From Treponemataceae bacterium (GTDB taxonomy: Bacteria; Spirochaetota; Spirochaetia; Treponematales; Rectinemataceae): a stretch of 64,000 bases of DNA. The notes beneath the pieces are model-generated. The model was not told the origin of the DNA. It saw only the letters and a list, made by a program, of their open reading frames with translations, and made no database searches. Position numbers and translations under genes: made by a program. Position 1 is the stretch's first letter. Each line of letters starts with the position of its first letter. Positions 17,486 to 27,081 of the stretch are shown piece after piece. The stretch covers positions 1,312,001 through 1,376,000 of the forward strand of contig CAXXVZ010000003.1 of the NCBI GenBank assembly GCA_963678065.2, read 5' to 3'.

Positions 17486-19924
17486 TCATTTTTTCTCGCT
17501 CCCGGCTTTTTTCTTCGCCATCCGCGCGAGAAGGCCCTCGCCTGAACCGGGGGCGCCGGGCTCGGGTTCAGGACCGGGTTCCGGCGCGGAGCCCTTTGCC
17601 GGCGCTCCACGCGCGATGGAATCCTCGCGAGAAGGCTTTTTCGTGGAGCCGCCGGATGGCGCGACGCCCTTTTTGGTCGCCGGCTTCGCCTTCGTCGCGG
17701 TTTTTCCTGGGGTCTTCGTCTTTCCACCTTTGTGGAGCCTGCGTCCGAGCGGGACTTTGGCGGCTTCGGGGCTCTCGTCGGTCGGAGTCGCGGACAGAGT
17801 TTCGTCCGCCGTGTCGCCGATATCTCCCGGTTTGGCATCCTGGTCGAAGGAGTCGAGGAGTTCGGGCTGGAAGGGGGAAACGGAGGCGGAGCCGCCCGCC
17901 CCGGAGCCTCTGCCACTCCCGGATGAAGTCGCGGCGCCCACTCCGGAGCCGCTCGTCGCGCCACCCGCGGCGCCATTGGCGGCGCTGTTCGCGGCGATTA
18001 TCGCGCTCACGCCGCAGGGTGGATCGCAGTCCACCGCCGACACTTCGCGGTTGGCGAGCCTGACGCCGGAAGCCTTGAGGCCCTTCTCGTCGTAGCGCGA
18101 GGCGATGAAGCGCGCTTTGTCGACTTTCATTCTGGGCTTGGGCTTGTAGCTCAGGGTGAACTCGAATGCAGGATCGACGGAGAAGGCGAGCACCTGCGCG
18201 TTCTCGGGCACGAGGGAGTAGTCCTTGTTCATGATCCAGCCCTCGACGCGGCAGCGCTTGATGTAGGGGAAGCCGTTCTCGCCGTCGCGGTAGACGACAG
18301 TCATGAGGGCCGCGGCTATCCGCTCCTTGTCGGCTATGGCACAGTGCAGCATGCCCTGATCCACGAAGAGCCTCTCGGGCAAAGGGACGAAGGTGAAGAT
18401 GCCGTTGCGCCTGAGAACCATGAGCCTGTCGAAGGTCGAGACGTCGAAGAGCTTGTCGCCCGAGGAGACAGCCGTGCCGAGGTAGCCGGTCTGGGAGTCG
18501 TAGCGGAGCGCGATGTCGCGCCTCGCGACCTCTTTCGCGTCGATCTTGTGGAAATTGGCGATGGTGGTCTTGCGGGTCCAGTCCTTCTCGAGCTTCTTCT
18601 TTATTCCGGAGAGCAGGGCGACGGCGTAGGCCGTGAGGTGGGCGAGGTGGTGACGCACTTCCGCGAGCCTGTCGGCGAGCCGCTTCATCTCGTCGCGGGC
18701 CTTGTTGATGTCGTAGAGGGATATGCGCCGGATCGGGATCTTGAGAAGGCGCTCGACATCCTCAGGCATGACATCCCGCGCGATCTCGGCGGCGAAGGGT
18801 TTCAGTCCATCCAGGATGGCGCGGACGACGGTTTCCTGGGTTTTTTTGTTCTCGATGGCCTTGTACACGCGCTCCTCGATAAAGATGCGCTCGAGGGTCC
18901 TCGCGTGGATCTCGTCGAGGAGTTCGCTCTCCTCGATGCGGAGCTCGGCCTCGAGGATACCGATGAGCGTCGCGGCGTGGCGCTCGACGATCTTCGTCAC
19001 GGTGGTGACGACCGGTTTATCGTCCTGTATGAGGAGGCAGTTGCAGGAGATCGACTGCTCGCACTCGGTGAAGGCGTACAGAGCGTCGACGACCTCGTCG
19101 GTGTAGACGCCGCGCTGGAGCTTGATCTCGATCTCGACTTTTTCGGTCGTGAAGTCCGATATCGAGGCGATCTTGATGCGCCCGCCCTTGGCCGCGGCCT
19201 CGACGCTCTCGATGAGGCTCTCGGTCGTGGAGCCGAAGGGTATCTCGGTGATGAGGATGCGCTTGGGGTCGGAGGTGTCGAGCTTGGCGCGGACCTTGAC
19301 CTTGCCGTTGCCGTCGGCGTAGTCGCCCACGTCGACGAGGCCCGCGGTCGGAAAGTCGGGCAGGAGGGAGAAGGGCTTGCCCTGGAGGCAGGCGATCTCG
19401 GCCGCGATCACCTCGACGGGGTTGTGCGGGAGTATCCTCGTGCTCATCCCGACGGCGATGCCCTCGGTTCCCGTGAGGAGGATGACGGGGAGCTTGGCGG
19501 GGAAGTACTCCGGCTCCTTGTTGCGCCCGTCGTAGGAATCCGCGTAGCGGGTGATCTTGGGATTGTAGAAGATTTCCTTCGCGAGCGGCGTGGCCCGGCA
19601 CTCGATGTATCTGGCCGCCGAGGCCTCGTCGCCCGTGAAGATGTTGCCGAAGTTCCCCTGCTTGTCGATGAAGAGGTCCTTGTTCGCGAGGACGACGAGG
19701 GCGCCGTAGATGGACTGGTCGCCATGGGGATGGTACTTCATGCAGTGGCCGACGACGTTCGCGACCTTGTGGAACTTGCCGTCGTCCATCTCGAAGAGCG
19801 AGTGCATGATGCGCCTCTGGACAGGCTTGAGTCCGTCCTCGGCGTCGGGGATGGCGCGGTCCTTGATGACGTAGGAGGCGTAGAACAGGAAATTTTCGTT
19901 GAACAGTTTCTTGACGTAGGCCAT
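17486..19924 (-). CDS. parC: DNA topoisomerase IV subunit A
   Basis: DRAIPDAEDGLKPVQRR, YHPHGD and catalytic AARY. No GyrA box. Long low-complexity C-tail. Start MAYVKK at 19924. Confidence 0.9.
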   Translation of the reverse strand: MAYVKKLFNENFLFYASYVIKDRAIPDAEDGLKPVQRRIMHSLFEMDDGKFHKVANVVGHCMKYHPHGDQSIYGALVVLANKDLFIDKQGNFGNIFTGDEASAARYIECRATPLAKEIFYNPKITRYADSYDGRNKEPEYFPAKLPVILLTGTEGIAVGMSTRILPHNPVEVIAAEIACLQGKPFSLLPDFPTAGLVDVGDYADGNGKVKVRAKLDTSDPKRILITEIPFGSTTESLIESVEAAAKGGRIKIASISDFTTEKVEIEIKLQRGVYTDEVVDALYAFTECEQSISCNCLLIQDDKPVVTTVTKIVERHAATLIGILEAELRIEESELLDEIHARTLERIFIEERVYKAIENKKTQETVVRAILDGLKPFAAEIARDVMPEDVERLLKIPIRRISLYDINKARDEMKRLADRLAEVRHHLAHLTAYAVALLSGIKKKLEKDWTRKTTIANFHKIDAKEVARRDIALRYDSQTGYLGTAVSSGDKLFDVSTFDRLMVLRRNGIFTFVPLPERLFVDQGMLHCAIADKERIAAALMTVVYRDGENGFPYIKRCRVEGWIMNKDYSLVPENAQVLAFSVDPAFEFTLSYKPKPRMKVDKARFIASRYDEKGLKASGVRLANREVSAVDCDPPCGVSAIIAANSAANGAAGGATSGSGVGAATSSGSGRGSGAGGSASVSPFQPELLDSFDQDAKPGDIGDTADETLSATPTDESPEAAKVPLGRRLHKGGKTKTPGKTATKAKPATKKGVAPSGGSTKKPSREDSIARGAPAKGSAPEPGPEPEPGAPGSGEGLLARMAKKKAGSEKK

Positions 19925-19937
19925 CGCTTGCTTCCTG

Positions 19938-21758
19938 TTACAGGTCGCCCACGAGATTGTCCATGATGAACTCGCGGCGCTCGGGCGTGTTCTTGCCCAT
20001 GTAGAACTCGAGGACCTCGGGGACGGCCTTGATGGTCTGCACATCGACGCGCACGAGGCGGATATCCTCGCCGATGAACTGGCCGAACTCCTTCGGGCTG
20101 ATCTCGCCCAAGCCCTTGAACCGCGTCACCTCGCAGGACTTGCCCAGGGCGGAGACGGCGAGGTCGCGCTCGCGGGCGGAGTAGCAGTACCTCGTCTCCT
20201 TCTTGTCGCGCACGCGGAAGAGTGGCGTCTCGAGTATATGGACCCTGCCTTGCGTGACGAGCTCCTCGAAGAAGGCGAGGAAGAAGGTCAGAAGGAGGTT
20301 GCGTATGTGGAAGCCGTCGTAGTCGGCGTCGGTGGCGATGACGATGCGGCCGTAGCGGAGGTTCGTTATTTCGTTCTCGATGCCGAGGGCCATCATCATG
20401 TTGTAGAGCTCTTCGTTCTTGTAGATGGCCGTGCGCTTCTTGCCGTACATGTTCTCGGGCTTGCCCCTGAGGCTGAAGACCGCCTGGTTGTAGACGTCGC
20501 GGGAGCTGACCATGGAGCCGGCGGCCGACTGGCCCTCGGTGAGGAAGATCATGGAGCCGGCGCCCTTCTCCCCGTCACTGAGGTGGTGCTTGCAGTCCTT
20601 GAGGTTCGGGATCTTGAGCTCGATCTTGCGGGCGGCTTCCTTGGCTTCCTTTTTGACGATGTTGAGCTCGGTGCGGAGCTTCTCGTTGGAGGCGATCTTC
20701 TCCTGGAGCTTCTTGGCGGCCTCGGGGTTGCGCCTGAGGAATTCGTCGACCCCGCGCTTCACTTCCTGCATGATCCAGGGTTTGATCTCGGTGTTGCCCA
20801 GCTTGTTCTTGGTCTGGCTCTCGAACATGGGGTTCTTGAGCTTGATGGCGACGGCCGCGGCCACGCCTTCGCGCACGTCCTCGCCGCGCCAGGAGGAGCG
20901 GAAGAACTCGTTGACGGCCTTGAGGAAGCCTTCGCGGAAGGCGGAGAGGTGGGTCCCGCCGTCCGATGTGTACTGGCCGTTGACGAAGCTGAAGTGCTCC
21001 TCGCCGTAGCCGTTCGTGTGGGTGAAGGAGAACTCGATGCGCTCGCCCTTCCAGTAGCCGATCTCGTAGAGTGCCGATTCGCCGATCTCCGCGTTCAAGA
21101 GGTCGTACAATCCGTTCTGCGAGGCGAAATCGCGCCCGTTCAGGTTGAGGGTGAGGCCTGCGTTGAGGCAGGCGTAGTTCCACATGCGCTTCTCGAGGAA
21201 CTCCATGTTGAAACTGTATTCCCCGAAGATCTCGCGGTCCGGCTCGAACTCGACGAGAAGGCCGTCCTTTTCGCGGGGCGCGATGTCTTCCCGCTGCGAG
21301 ACGATGACGCCGCGCTCGAAGATGGCTTCGAAAAATCGGCCTTCCCGGTAGGAGACGACGCGGAAGCGCGAGGACAGCGCGTTGACCGCCTTGGTTCCGA
21401 CGCCGTTGAGGCCGACGGAGAACTGGAAGACATCGTCGTTGTACTTGGCGCCGGTGTTGATGAGGGAGACGCAGTCCACAACCTTGCCGAGGGGGATGCC
21501 GCGGCCATAGTCGCGGATCTTCACGGTTTCGCCTTCGATCTTGACAACGACCTTCGAGCCTGCGCCCATGATGAACTCGTCGACCGCGTTGTCGACGACT
21601 TCCTTGACGAGTATGTAGATACCGTCGTCCGGATTGGACCCGTCGCCGAGGCGCCCGATGTACATCCCTGTGCGGAGGCGGATGTGCTCGAGGCTCGAGA
21701 GGGTCTTTATCTTGGATTCGTCGTAAACGGCGGAGTTCTTTTTTCCGGATGCTGCCAC
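19938..21758 (-). CDS. parE: DNA topoisomerase IV subunit B
   Basis: EHIRLRTGMYIG, EVVDNAVDE, GLNGVG, TEGQSA, TDADYDG, RFKGLGE. Probable GTG start at 21758. Confidence 0.9.
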   Translation of the reverse strand: MAASGKKNSAVYDESKIKTLSSLEHIRLRTGMYIGRLGDGSNPDDGIYILVKEVVDNAVDEFIMGAGSKVVVKIEGETVKIRDYGRGIPLGKVVDCVSLINTGAKYNDDVFQFSVGLNGVGTKAVNALSSRFRVVSYREGRFFEAIFERGVIVSQREDIAPREKDGLLVEFEPDREIFGEYSFNMEFLEKRMWNYACLNAGLTLNLNGRDFASQNGLYDLLNAEIGESALYEIGYWKGERIEFSFTHTNGYGEEHFSFVNGQYTSDGGTHLSAFREGFLKAVNEFFRSSWRGEDVREGVAAAVAIKLKNPMFESQTKNKLGNTEIKPWIMQEVKRGVDEFLRRNPEAAKKLQEKIASNEKLRTELNIVKKEAKEAARKIELKIPNLKDCKHHLSDGEKGAGSMIFLTEGQSAAGSMVSSRDVYNQAVFSLRGKPENMYGKKRTAIYKNEELYNMMMALGIENEITNLRYGRIVIATDADYDGFHIRNLLLTFFLAFFEELVTQGRVHILETPLFRVRDKKETRYCYSARERDLAVSALGKSCEVTRFKGLGEISPKEFGQFIGEDIRLVRVDVQTIKAVPEVLEFYMGKNTPERREFIMDNLVGDL

Positions 21759-21811
21759 GGCCGCGATACTAGCACAGGAAGCGGGCGATGAAAAGCGAGC
21801 ACGGCGCCGGC

Positions 21812-23695
21812 CTACATGAAGTCCCTGAGCGACTCGTCGATGCCCTTCCGGACCTCGAACCACCACGAGAGAGCCGCCTCCTTCGAATCGGAGCCGAAGG
21901 CTTCGACCCAGCGGGGCAGGTCGGGATGCTGATCCCGGTCGACTTCAAGCTTGCGCCTGAGGAATGTGGCCATGAACTCGATGTTTTTGGCGCTCTCCCA
22001 GTAGACGGAGGCGTTGCGGCTGTTGATGCGGCTCGCGAGGACGCCGACGGAGGCCAAGAACTCGTCCTTCTTGCCGTACAGGGAACCGAAGATCTCGGGC
22101 ACCATGTCCTCGGCCCAGGCGCGGTGGAAACGGCAGACGCCAGCCTCGTCGAGAACGAGTTCGGCCCTGAGCCGCGCAGCGCAGGCCCGCCCGAGTTCGC
22201 GGGGCGGCATGAACTCGGCGCCGTAATGCATGTAGTACTTGCCCATGATGGCCATGGGAGCGAGGGCGCCGGGAGTCCAGTACTGGTTCGGAACCATCCA
22301 ACCCCTGCGGCCGTTGGCGCAGTAGACGAAGCTGTCCAGGATGCGCAGACCTTTTTCCCGGCGGACCCTGCGCGCCCACTTGCGCGGTCCCTCGGAGAGG
22401 TCGATCGCGCTTCCTGGCTTCAATATCGAGGAAATCAGCTCGAGGCCGAGTTCGGCGTTGTGCATGGAGTCGGCGACGAGGTCGAAGCTCTCCGTCTTCC
22501 AGACGGGCGTCCGCGTGACGCCGAGGTCGGAGGGCGCGAGAAGCTTCTGGTCGAGGCAGTCCATGAGCCAGGCGAGGATGCCGCCCAAGGCGATGCCGTC
22601 GAAGCCGCCGGAGTCGGCCGCGGCGTTGAGCCTTTCGGCGGCTCTCTGATCGAATATTCCGCAGAGCGGCCCCAGAGTCTGGTAGGGCTCGTAGTCCTTC
22701 TTGTACTCGCCCCGCATCTTCTTGCAGACGGCCGCGCAGGGCTCGCCGCAGGTAGCCTGCTGTCTCGGCACTATGGTCTCTTCGTTGAACTGTTTCAGGT
22801 AATGGTCGACGATGAAGCGTCTGTGCAGGTCGAGCCGCTCTTCCTCCGTCCAGGAGTTCGTGCGGTAGTTGAAGGCGATGATGCGCCCTTTCAGCGTCGC
22901 GTAGTTGACGCCGAGGGTGCCGCCGGTCTCGGCCTTGGGGTCGAAGCGGTACTTCGTCGTTCCCTCGAAGTCCTTCACCGCGAGCTTCTGACGGTACTTG
23001 GCCTCGAACCACTCGTCGGCGACCTTGCGGTCCCGGAAGTCCTCGTCCACGACGGTGCCGCCGTAGATGATGGCCGCGATGCCGTGCTCCTGGAGCATCT
23101 TGGAGCCCAGGCCTCCGCGCCCGGCCCAGGTGTCCACCGGGCTCGCGACGCCGTTCTTGACGGGGGCGCTCATGACTGCGCCGAAATCCGTCGCCCGTGC
23201 GGCAGGTCCTGTCACGAGAACGCGGGGGTCGGTCTCGTAGCGGCCCGCGTAGCGCGCGAGGACCCATTCCGTGAGGCCGTAGACCCCTCCCCTTCCGGCG
23301 GCCCAGGCTTCTTTCAGATCGACGGGCGCGACTTCTACCTCGATCTCCTCGCCGTGGCTGCGGTTGAGGTAGAGGACGGAGGGGACCGGCGCCTTTCCGA
23401 CGAGGCTGACCATGTTGAGTCCGAGGTTGTCGAAGACGAGACCTGCGCCCCCCATGCTCGAGATATAGAAACCGCGCCACGATGGAGAGAAGCCCGAGAA
23501 CATGAGGCGATTCGATCCGGGCAGGATTGAGCCGGCGAAGAGACCCGTGCCGATGTTGAGGCTGCGCTCGCGCCCCGCTATGTGGATTCCGAGCCCGACA
23601 GGGCCGAAATACGAGCCGACAGGGTAGCGCCGCATCCTGTAATAGCCGGTGGACGGATCGACGAAAAGCACTTTCTGGGTAGTGTTCACGGACAT
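21812..23695 (-). CDS. Aldehyde:ferredoxin oxidoreductase family (W/Mo-pterin) protein
   Basis: SSMGG, GPAA, AGRGGLGSKM, Fe-S motif CGEPCAAVC...CRF and YEPY. GGAGG SD before ATG 23695. Confidence 0.85.
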   Translation of the reverse strand: MSVNTTQKVLFVDPSTGYYRMRRYPVGSYFGPVGLGIHIAGRERSLNIGTGLFAGSILPGSNRLMFSGFSPSWRGFYISSMGGAGLVFDNLGLNMVSLVGKAPVPSVLYLNRSHGEEIEVEVAPVDLKEAWAAGRGGVYGLTEWVLARYAGRYETDPRVLVTGPAARATDFGAVMSAPVKNGVASPVDTWAGRGGLGSKMLQEHGIAAIIYGGTVVDEDFRDRKVADEWFEAKYRQKLAVKDFEGTTKYRFDPKAETGGTLGVNYATLKGRIIAFNYRTNSWTEEERLDLHRRFIVDHYLKQFNEETIVPRQQATCGEPCAAVCKKMRGEYKKDYEPYQTLGPLCGIFDQRAAERLNAAADSGGFDGIALGGILAWLMDCLDQKLLAPSDLGVTRTPVWKTESFDLVADSMHNAELGLELISSILKPGSAIDLSEGPRKWARRVRREKGLRILDSFVYCANGRRGWMVPNQYWTPGALAPMAIMGKYYMHYGAEFMPPRELGRACAARLRAELVLDEAGVCRFHRAWAEDMVPEIFGSLYGKKDEFLASVGVLASRINSRNASVYWESAKNIEFMATFLRRKLEVDRDQHPDLPRWVEAFGSDSKEAALSWWFEVRKGIDESLRDFM

Positions 23696-23916
23696 GGACC
23701 TCCCTCGCGAAACGCTCATGACCATCATAGCGCGGCCGCGAGGGCTCTGTCAGGAAGGTGAGCGGATCGACTGAGGGAAAGGCGCGGATCGCCCCTTTTG
23801 GGGCTGGGCGAAGTCCGTATTGCCCCGCCGGAAAACTGAACGGAAGAAGTCTTCCGCCGCCGGCGGGCACAGGCTACACTTGCCGCGAGAGAAACCGTGA
23901 ACGACAGGAGGCCCCC

Positions 23917-24435
23917 ATGATACTGACCCACGACGAAATTCTGAAGGAAATAGCTGCCGACCGCATCGGCATCGATCCTTACGATCCTGGCGCCGTGGGG
24001 CCGGCCTCCATCGATCTCAGGCTCGGCACCGAAATCCGCATCTTCTCGCCCATGCCGACCGTCATGCCCATCACGGCGGGTTCGGATTACCGCGATATCA
24101 CCTACAAGCTGGAACTCGCCGAATCCGGCTACATCATAAAGCCGAACGAGCTCGTCCTCGGCATCACGCTCGAGCGCATAACCCTGCCCGCCGACATCGC
24201 GGGCTGGCTCAGCTCGCGTTCGCGCTTCGCCAGGCTCGGGCTCATGGTCCACATCTCGGCGCCCTTCATGCAGCCGGGCATCTCGAACCAGCAGGTCCTC
24301 GAGATACTCAACACGGGGCCGAACTACCTCAAGCTCATCCCGAACGAGCGCATATGCCAGTTCGTGTTCGAGCGCTGCGAGGGAGAGGCTGTCTACGAGG
24401 GACAGTATTCGACCCAGCACCAGGGCAGGTGGTGA
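23917..24435 (+). CDS. dcd: dCTP deaminase
   Basis: PASIDLRL, RSRFARLG, PG..LEI.N, RICQFVF. AGGAGG SD. Confidence 0.9.
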   Translation: MILTHDEILKEIAADRIGIDPYDPGAVGPASIDLRLGTEIRIFSPMPTVMPITAGSDYRDITYKLELAESGYIIKPNELVLGITLERITLPADIAGWLSSRSRFARLGLMVHISAPFMQPGISNQQVLEILNTGPNYLKLIPNERICQFVFERCEGEAVYEGQYSTQHQGRW

Positions 24436-24450
24436 TTCTCAAGACGGGTT

Positions 24451-25059
24451 TCAGGCCTTCCGCATTCCCGAGGCGGCTCGCATGTTCGCGAGGTAATCCG
24501 AAGAGAGAATCGCCGCCGATGGGGCGAAATCGTCCCGCCCGAAATCCTCCGGCAGCGATTCGGGAACGAAGGCCGATAACAGGATCGAGGCAAGGAATGC
24601 CGCCGTCCGCGCGATGGCATCGAAGTCGCAGGGGAGCCCGAGGGAAAAGCAGACGCGGCCCGCTGTCTCTTTCACGAAGTTCCTGTACGAGACCAGGACC
24701 ACCTCAGGCGCGGGTCTTGTTCCCGATCCGAAAAAGTGGGCCTTCGTGACATTGGGAAAGCGGTGGCCGCCCTGGAGCAGGTAGAGAGCGAGGGCTTCGA
24801 TCCCCTGATCGATCTTTCCGGGCTCGACATCGAGGAAGGCTCTCATGTCCCCCACGGCATGTTCCCAGGTGGCGACGATGGCCGCCTCCATGAGGAACTC
24901 TTTTGTCCGGTAATGATAGTTGATCGCGGCGATGTTCACGCCGGCTTCCATCGCTATTGCCCGGACCGTCGCCTTGTCCACGCCGTCCCGTTCGATGATC
25001 TCGATGGCGGCGCGCAGGATTTTTTCCGGCGTTCCCTCGGCTTCTGCGTCATCGGGCAT
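24451..25059 (-). CDS. TetR/AcrR family regulator
   Basis: KILRAAIEII...ATVRAIAMEAGVNIAAINYHYRTKE HTH. Confidence 0.92.
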   Translation of the reverse strand: MPDDAEAEGTPEKILRAAIEIIERDGVDKATVRAIAMEAGVNIAAINYHYRTKEFLMEAAIVATWEHAVGDMRAFLDVEPGKIDQGIEALALYLLQGGHRFPNVTKAHFFGSGTRPAPEVVLVSYRNFVKETAGRVCFSLGLPCDFDAIARTAAFLASILLSAFVPESLPEDFGRDDFAPSAAILSSDYLANMRAASGMRKA

Positions 25060-26014
25060 GCGCGCCCTCCTTTTGTCCGAGCGCTCGCGCGACCATGGCC
25101 TCGCTCAGGGACCAGAGGCGGTCGGCGTCCGCGTGGTTTTGCGCGCGCAGCGATGGCGTCAGCTCAGCTCTGTCGCGCCAGTACAGACCGGTCTTCCCCT
25201 TGAGTGAGGCCTCGCCGGCGAGCCATGCCAGCGCCCCGGCGGGCTGTTCGGGGCTCGTCCCTCCCCTCCTGCGCAGGTTCCAGAACAGACTGCCGAGGGA
25301 GAAACCCTGCTTCGCGCCCATGTCGGTGTTGACGAGCCCAGGGTCGGCGGTGAACACAGTCAGATTCGAACCGGCGCCATGCAGCCGCGCGAGTCTGTCG
25401 GAGAACAGGACATTCGCCAGCTTTGACTGTTCGTAGGCGCGGATTCCGATATAGATGCCGCGCGCAGGCTCTCCGCGCAGGCTCCGCTCCAGCTCCGGCC
25501 AGCGAATCCTTCCATAATAGTGCGAACCCGAACTCACCGTGATCACCCGCGCGTCGGGGGAGAGCTCCAGAAGCGGCAGAAGTCCGAGCGTCAGGCAGAA
25601 GTGGGCGAGGTGGTTGACGGCGAACTGCGATTCGTAGCCCTCCTCGGTGCATGTTCTCCGGTCGGAATAGAGACCTGCGCAGTTGACAAGGATGTCGAGG
25701 CCCCGTGCAGTGGATCGGCCCGATCCACCGCCACCCGAGGCGACAAAGTTGTCCGCCCAGGATGCGACGGCGCTCAGGCTGGAAAGATCGAGAATCTCGT
25801 AGCGCGGTTCGGGCGCCCCCGAGTTGCGCGCCGCGGCGCTCACGCGTTCGAGGGCCCGGGCGGCCCGTGTCTTGTCCCGCCCCAGTCCCGTGACAGCCGC
25901 GCCTCGCGCCGCGAGGGCGCAGGCCGCGGCGAGGCCGATGCCCGAGGTGGCGCCGGTCACAAGACAGCATTTCCCCGCCAGGGATACGTCCTGACTGTTT
26001 TCAATCGCTTTCAT
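25049..26014 (-). CDS. SDR oxidoreductase (retinol-dehydrogenase-like)
   Basis: TGATSGIG, NCAG, VNHLAHF, YEQSK, DPGLVNT. Confidence 0.9.
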   Translation of the reverse strand: MKAIENSQDVSLAGKCCLVTGATSGIGLAAACALAARGAAVTGLGRDKTRAARALERVSAAARNSGAPEPRYEILDLSSLSAVASWADNFVASGGGGSGRSTARGLDILVNCAGLYSDRRTCTEEGYESQFAVNHLAHFCLTLGLLPLLELSPDARVITVSSGSHYYGRIRWPELERSLRGEPARGIYIGIRAYEQSKLANVLFSDRLARLHGAGSNLTVFTADPGLVNTDMGAKQGFSLGSLFWNLRRRGGTSPEQPAGALAWLAGEASLKGKTGLYWRDRAELTPSLRAQNHADADRLWSLSEAMVARALGQKEGAHAR

Positions 26015-26046
26015 CGTATCGACGATACCGCGCCCATGTGATTTCG

Positions 26047-26140
26047 TCAACATCTGTTTCAAACATTATTTTAAAACATTTGATTGAACTCGATGTTATC
26101 GAGCGCTATGTTAAAACACATGTTTGAATCATACGTTTTA
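26047..26140. promoter_or_regulatory. Array of palindromic operators between divergent SDR genes (likely TetR sites)
   Basis: TTAAAACATTTGATTGAA (26071-26088), TTAAAACACATGTTTGAA (26111-26128) and overlapping degenerate copies. Confidence 0.6.
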
Positions 26141-26154
26141 CCAAGGAGCACATC

Positions 26155-27045
26155 ATGCAAAACAGAAAGGCCTTCGCGGTCATAACGGGAGCGAGCCAGG
26201 GACTCGGAAGGGCCTTTGCGCGAGAGTGCGCTGCGCAGGGGAAGAACCTCATGCTCGCATCTCTCCCGGGCACCGGACTGCCGGAACTCGCGGCGGAGCT
26301 CCGCGCACAGGGGAGCGAGGTGCTGTACCGAGAGTGCGACCTCTCCCTCATAGAGGGACAGGAAAGCCTCATCGGCATGGTGACGGGGGCGGAAAAAACC
26401 GTCGACCTTCTCGTGAACAATGTCGGAGCGGGCCAGAACGGACTCTTCGATCTCTTGCCCTGGGAAGGCCAGCGCAGGTCCGTCGAACTCAACATCCAGT
26501 CCACCATGGCAGTGACATACGGACTCATACCGCAGCTGAAAAAGGCGGGCGCGGCCCGCATAATCACGGTGGCGAGCCTCGCGGCCTTCTACCCGATGCC
26601 TCTGTTCGCCGTCTACGCATCGACAAAATCCTTCCTTCTGCACTGGAGCCTCGCCCTCAGGCACGAACTCGCGGCCCTGGGCATCGGGGTCACAGTCCTC
26701 ACGCCAGGAGGCATGTACACGAGCGAAGAGATACGGCGAAAAGTCCACTCCCAGGGCTTCGCGGGGCGGCTGTCCACCATGGAACCCGAAACCGTCGCCT
26801 GGCTGGCCCTGAAGGGCGCGCGCAGGAACAAGGCTGTGGTCATCCCGGGGATGTTCAACAAGGTTCTGTGGTTCGCAGGCAGTCACGCGCCCAAGAGTCT
26901 CGTCGCCGGTTTCATCCGCCTGCGCTGGGAAAAGGCTCTCGCGCGCTTTGCCGAGGATGGCCAGGCCGGGGAGGAAGGCGCCGCATTGTGGAGGAATGCC
27001 ACCCCGACAGGATCATCTTCAGGCCGTCGGGTGGCATCATCGTGA
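26155..27045 (+). CDS. SDR oxidoreductase (DltE-like)
   Basis: TGASQGLG, NNVG, YASTK. AAGGAG SD. Confidence 0.9.
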   Translation: MQNRKAFAVITGASQGLGRAFARECAAQGKNLMLASLPGTGLPELAAELRAQGSEVLYRECDLSLIEGQESLIGMVTGAEKTVDLLVNNVGAGQNGLFDLLPWEGQRRSVELNIQSTMAVTYGLIPQLKKAGAARIITVASLAAFYPMPLFAVYASTKSFLLHWSLALRHELAALGIGVTVLTPGGMYTSEEIRRKVHSQGFAGRLSTMEPETVAWLALKGARRNKAVVIPGMFNKVLWFAGSHAPKSLVAGFIRLRWEKALARFAEDGQAGEEGAALWRNATPTGSSSGRRVASS

Positions 27046-27081
27046 GGAAAGGGCGCGATGACGGGGGTCTTCGATAAGCCC

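Noticed and set aside
17486..21758. gyrA/gyrB
   Set aside because: No GyrA box, and the sequences are of the short spirochaete topo IV type.
18344..23870. Long alternative ORFs (18344..19966+, 20238..21791+, 21788..23530+, 21945..23870-)
   Set aside because: Shadow frames of well-supported genes, expected in high-GC3 DNA.
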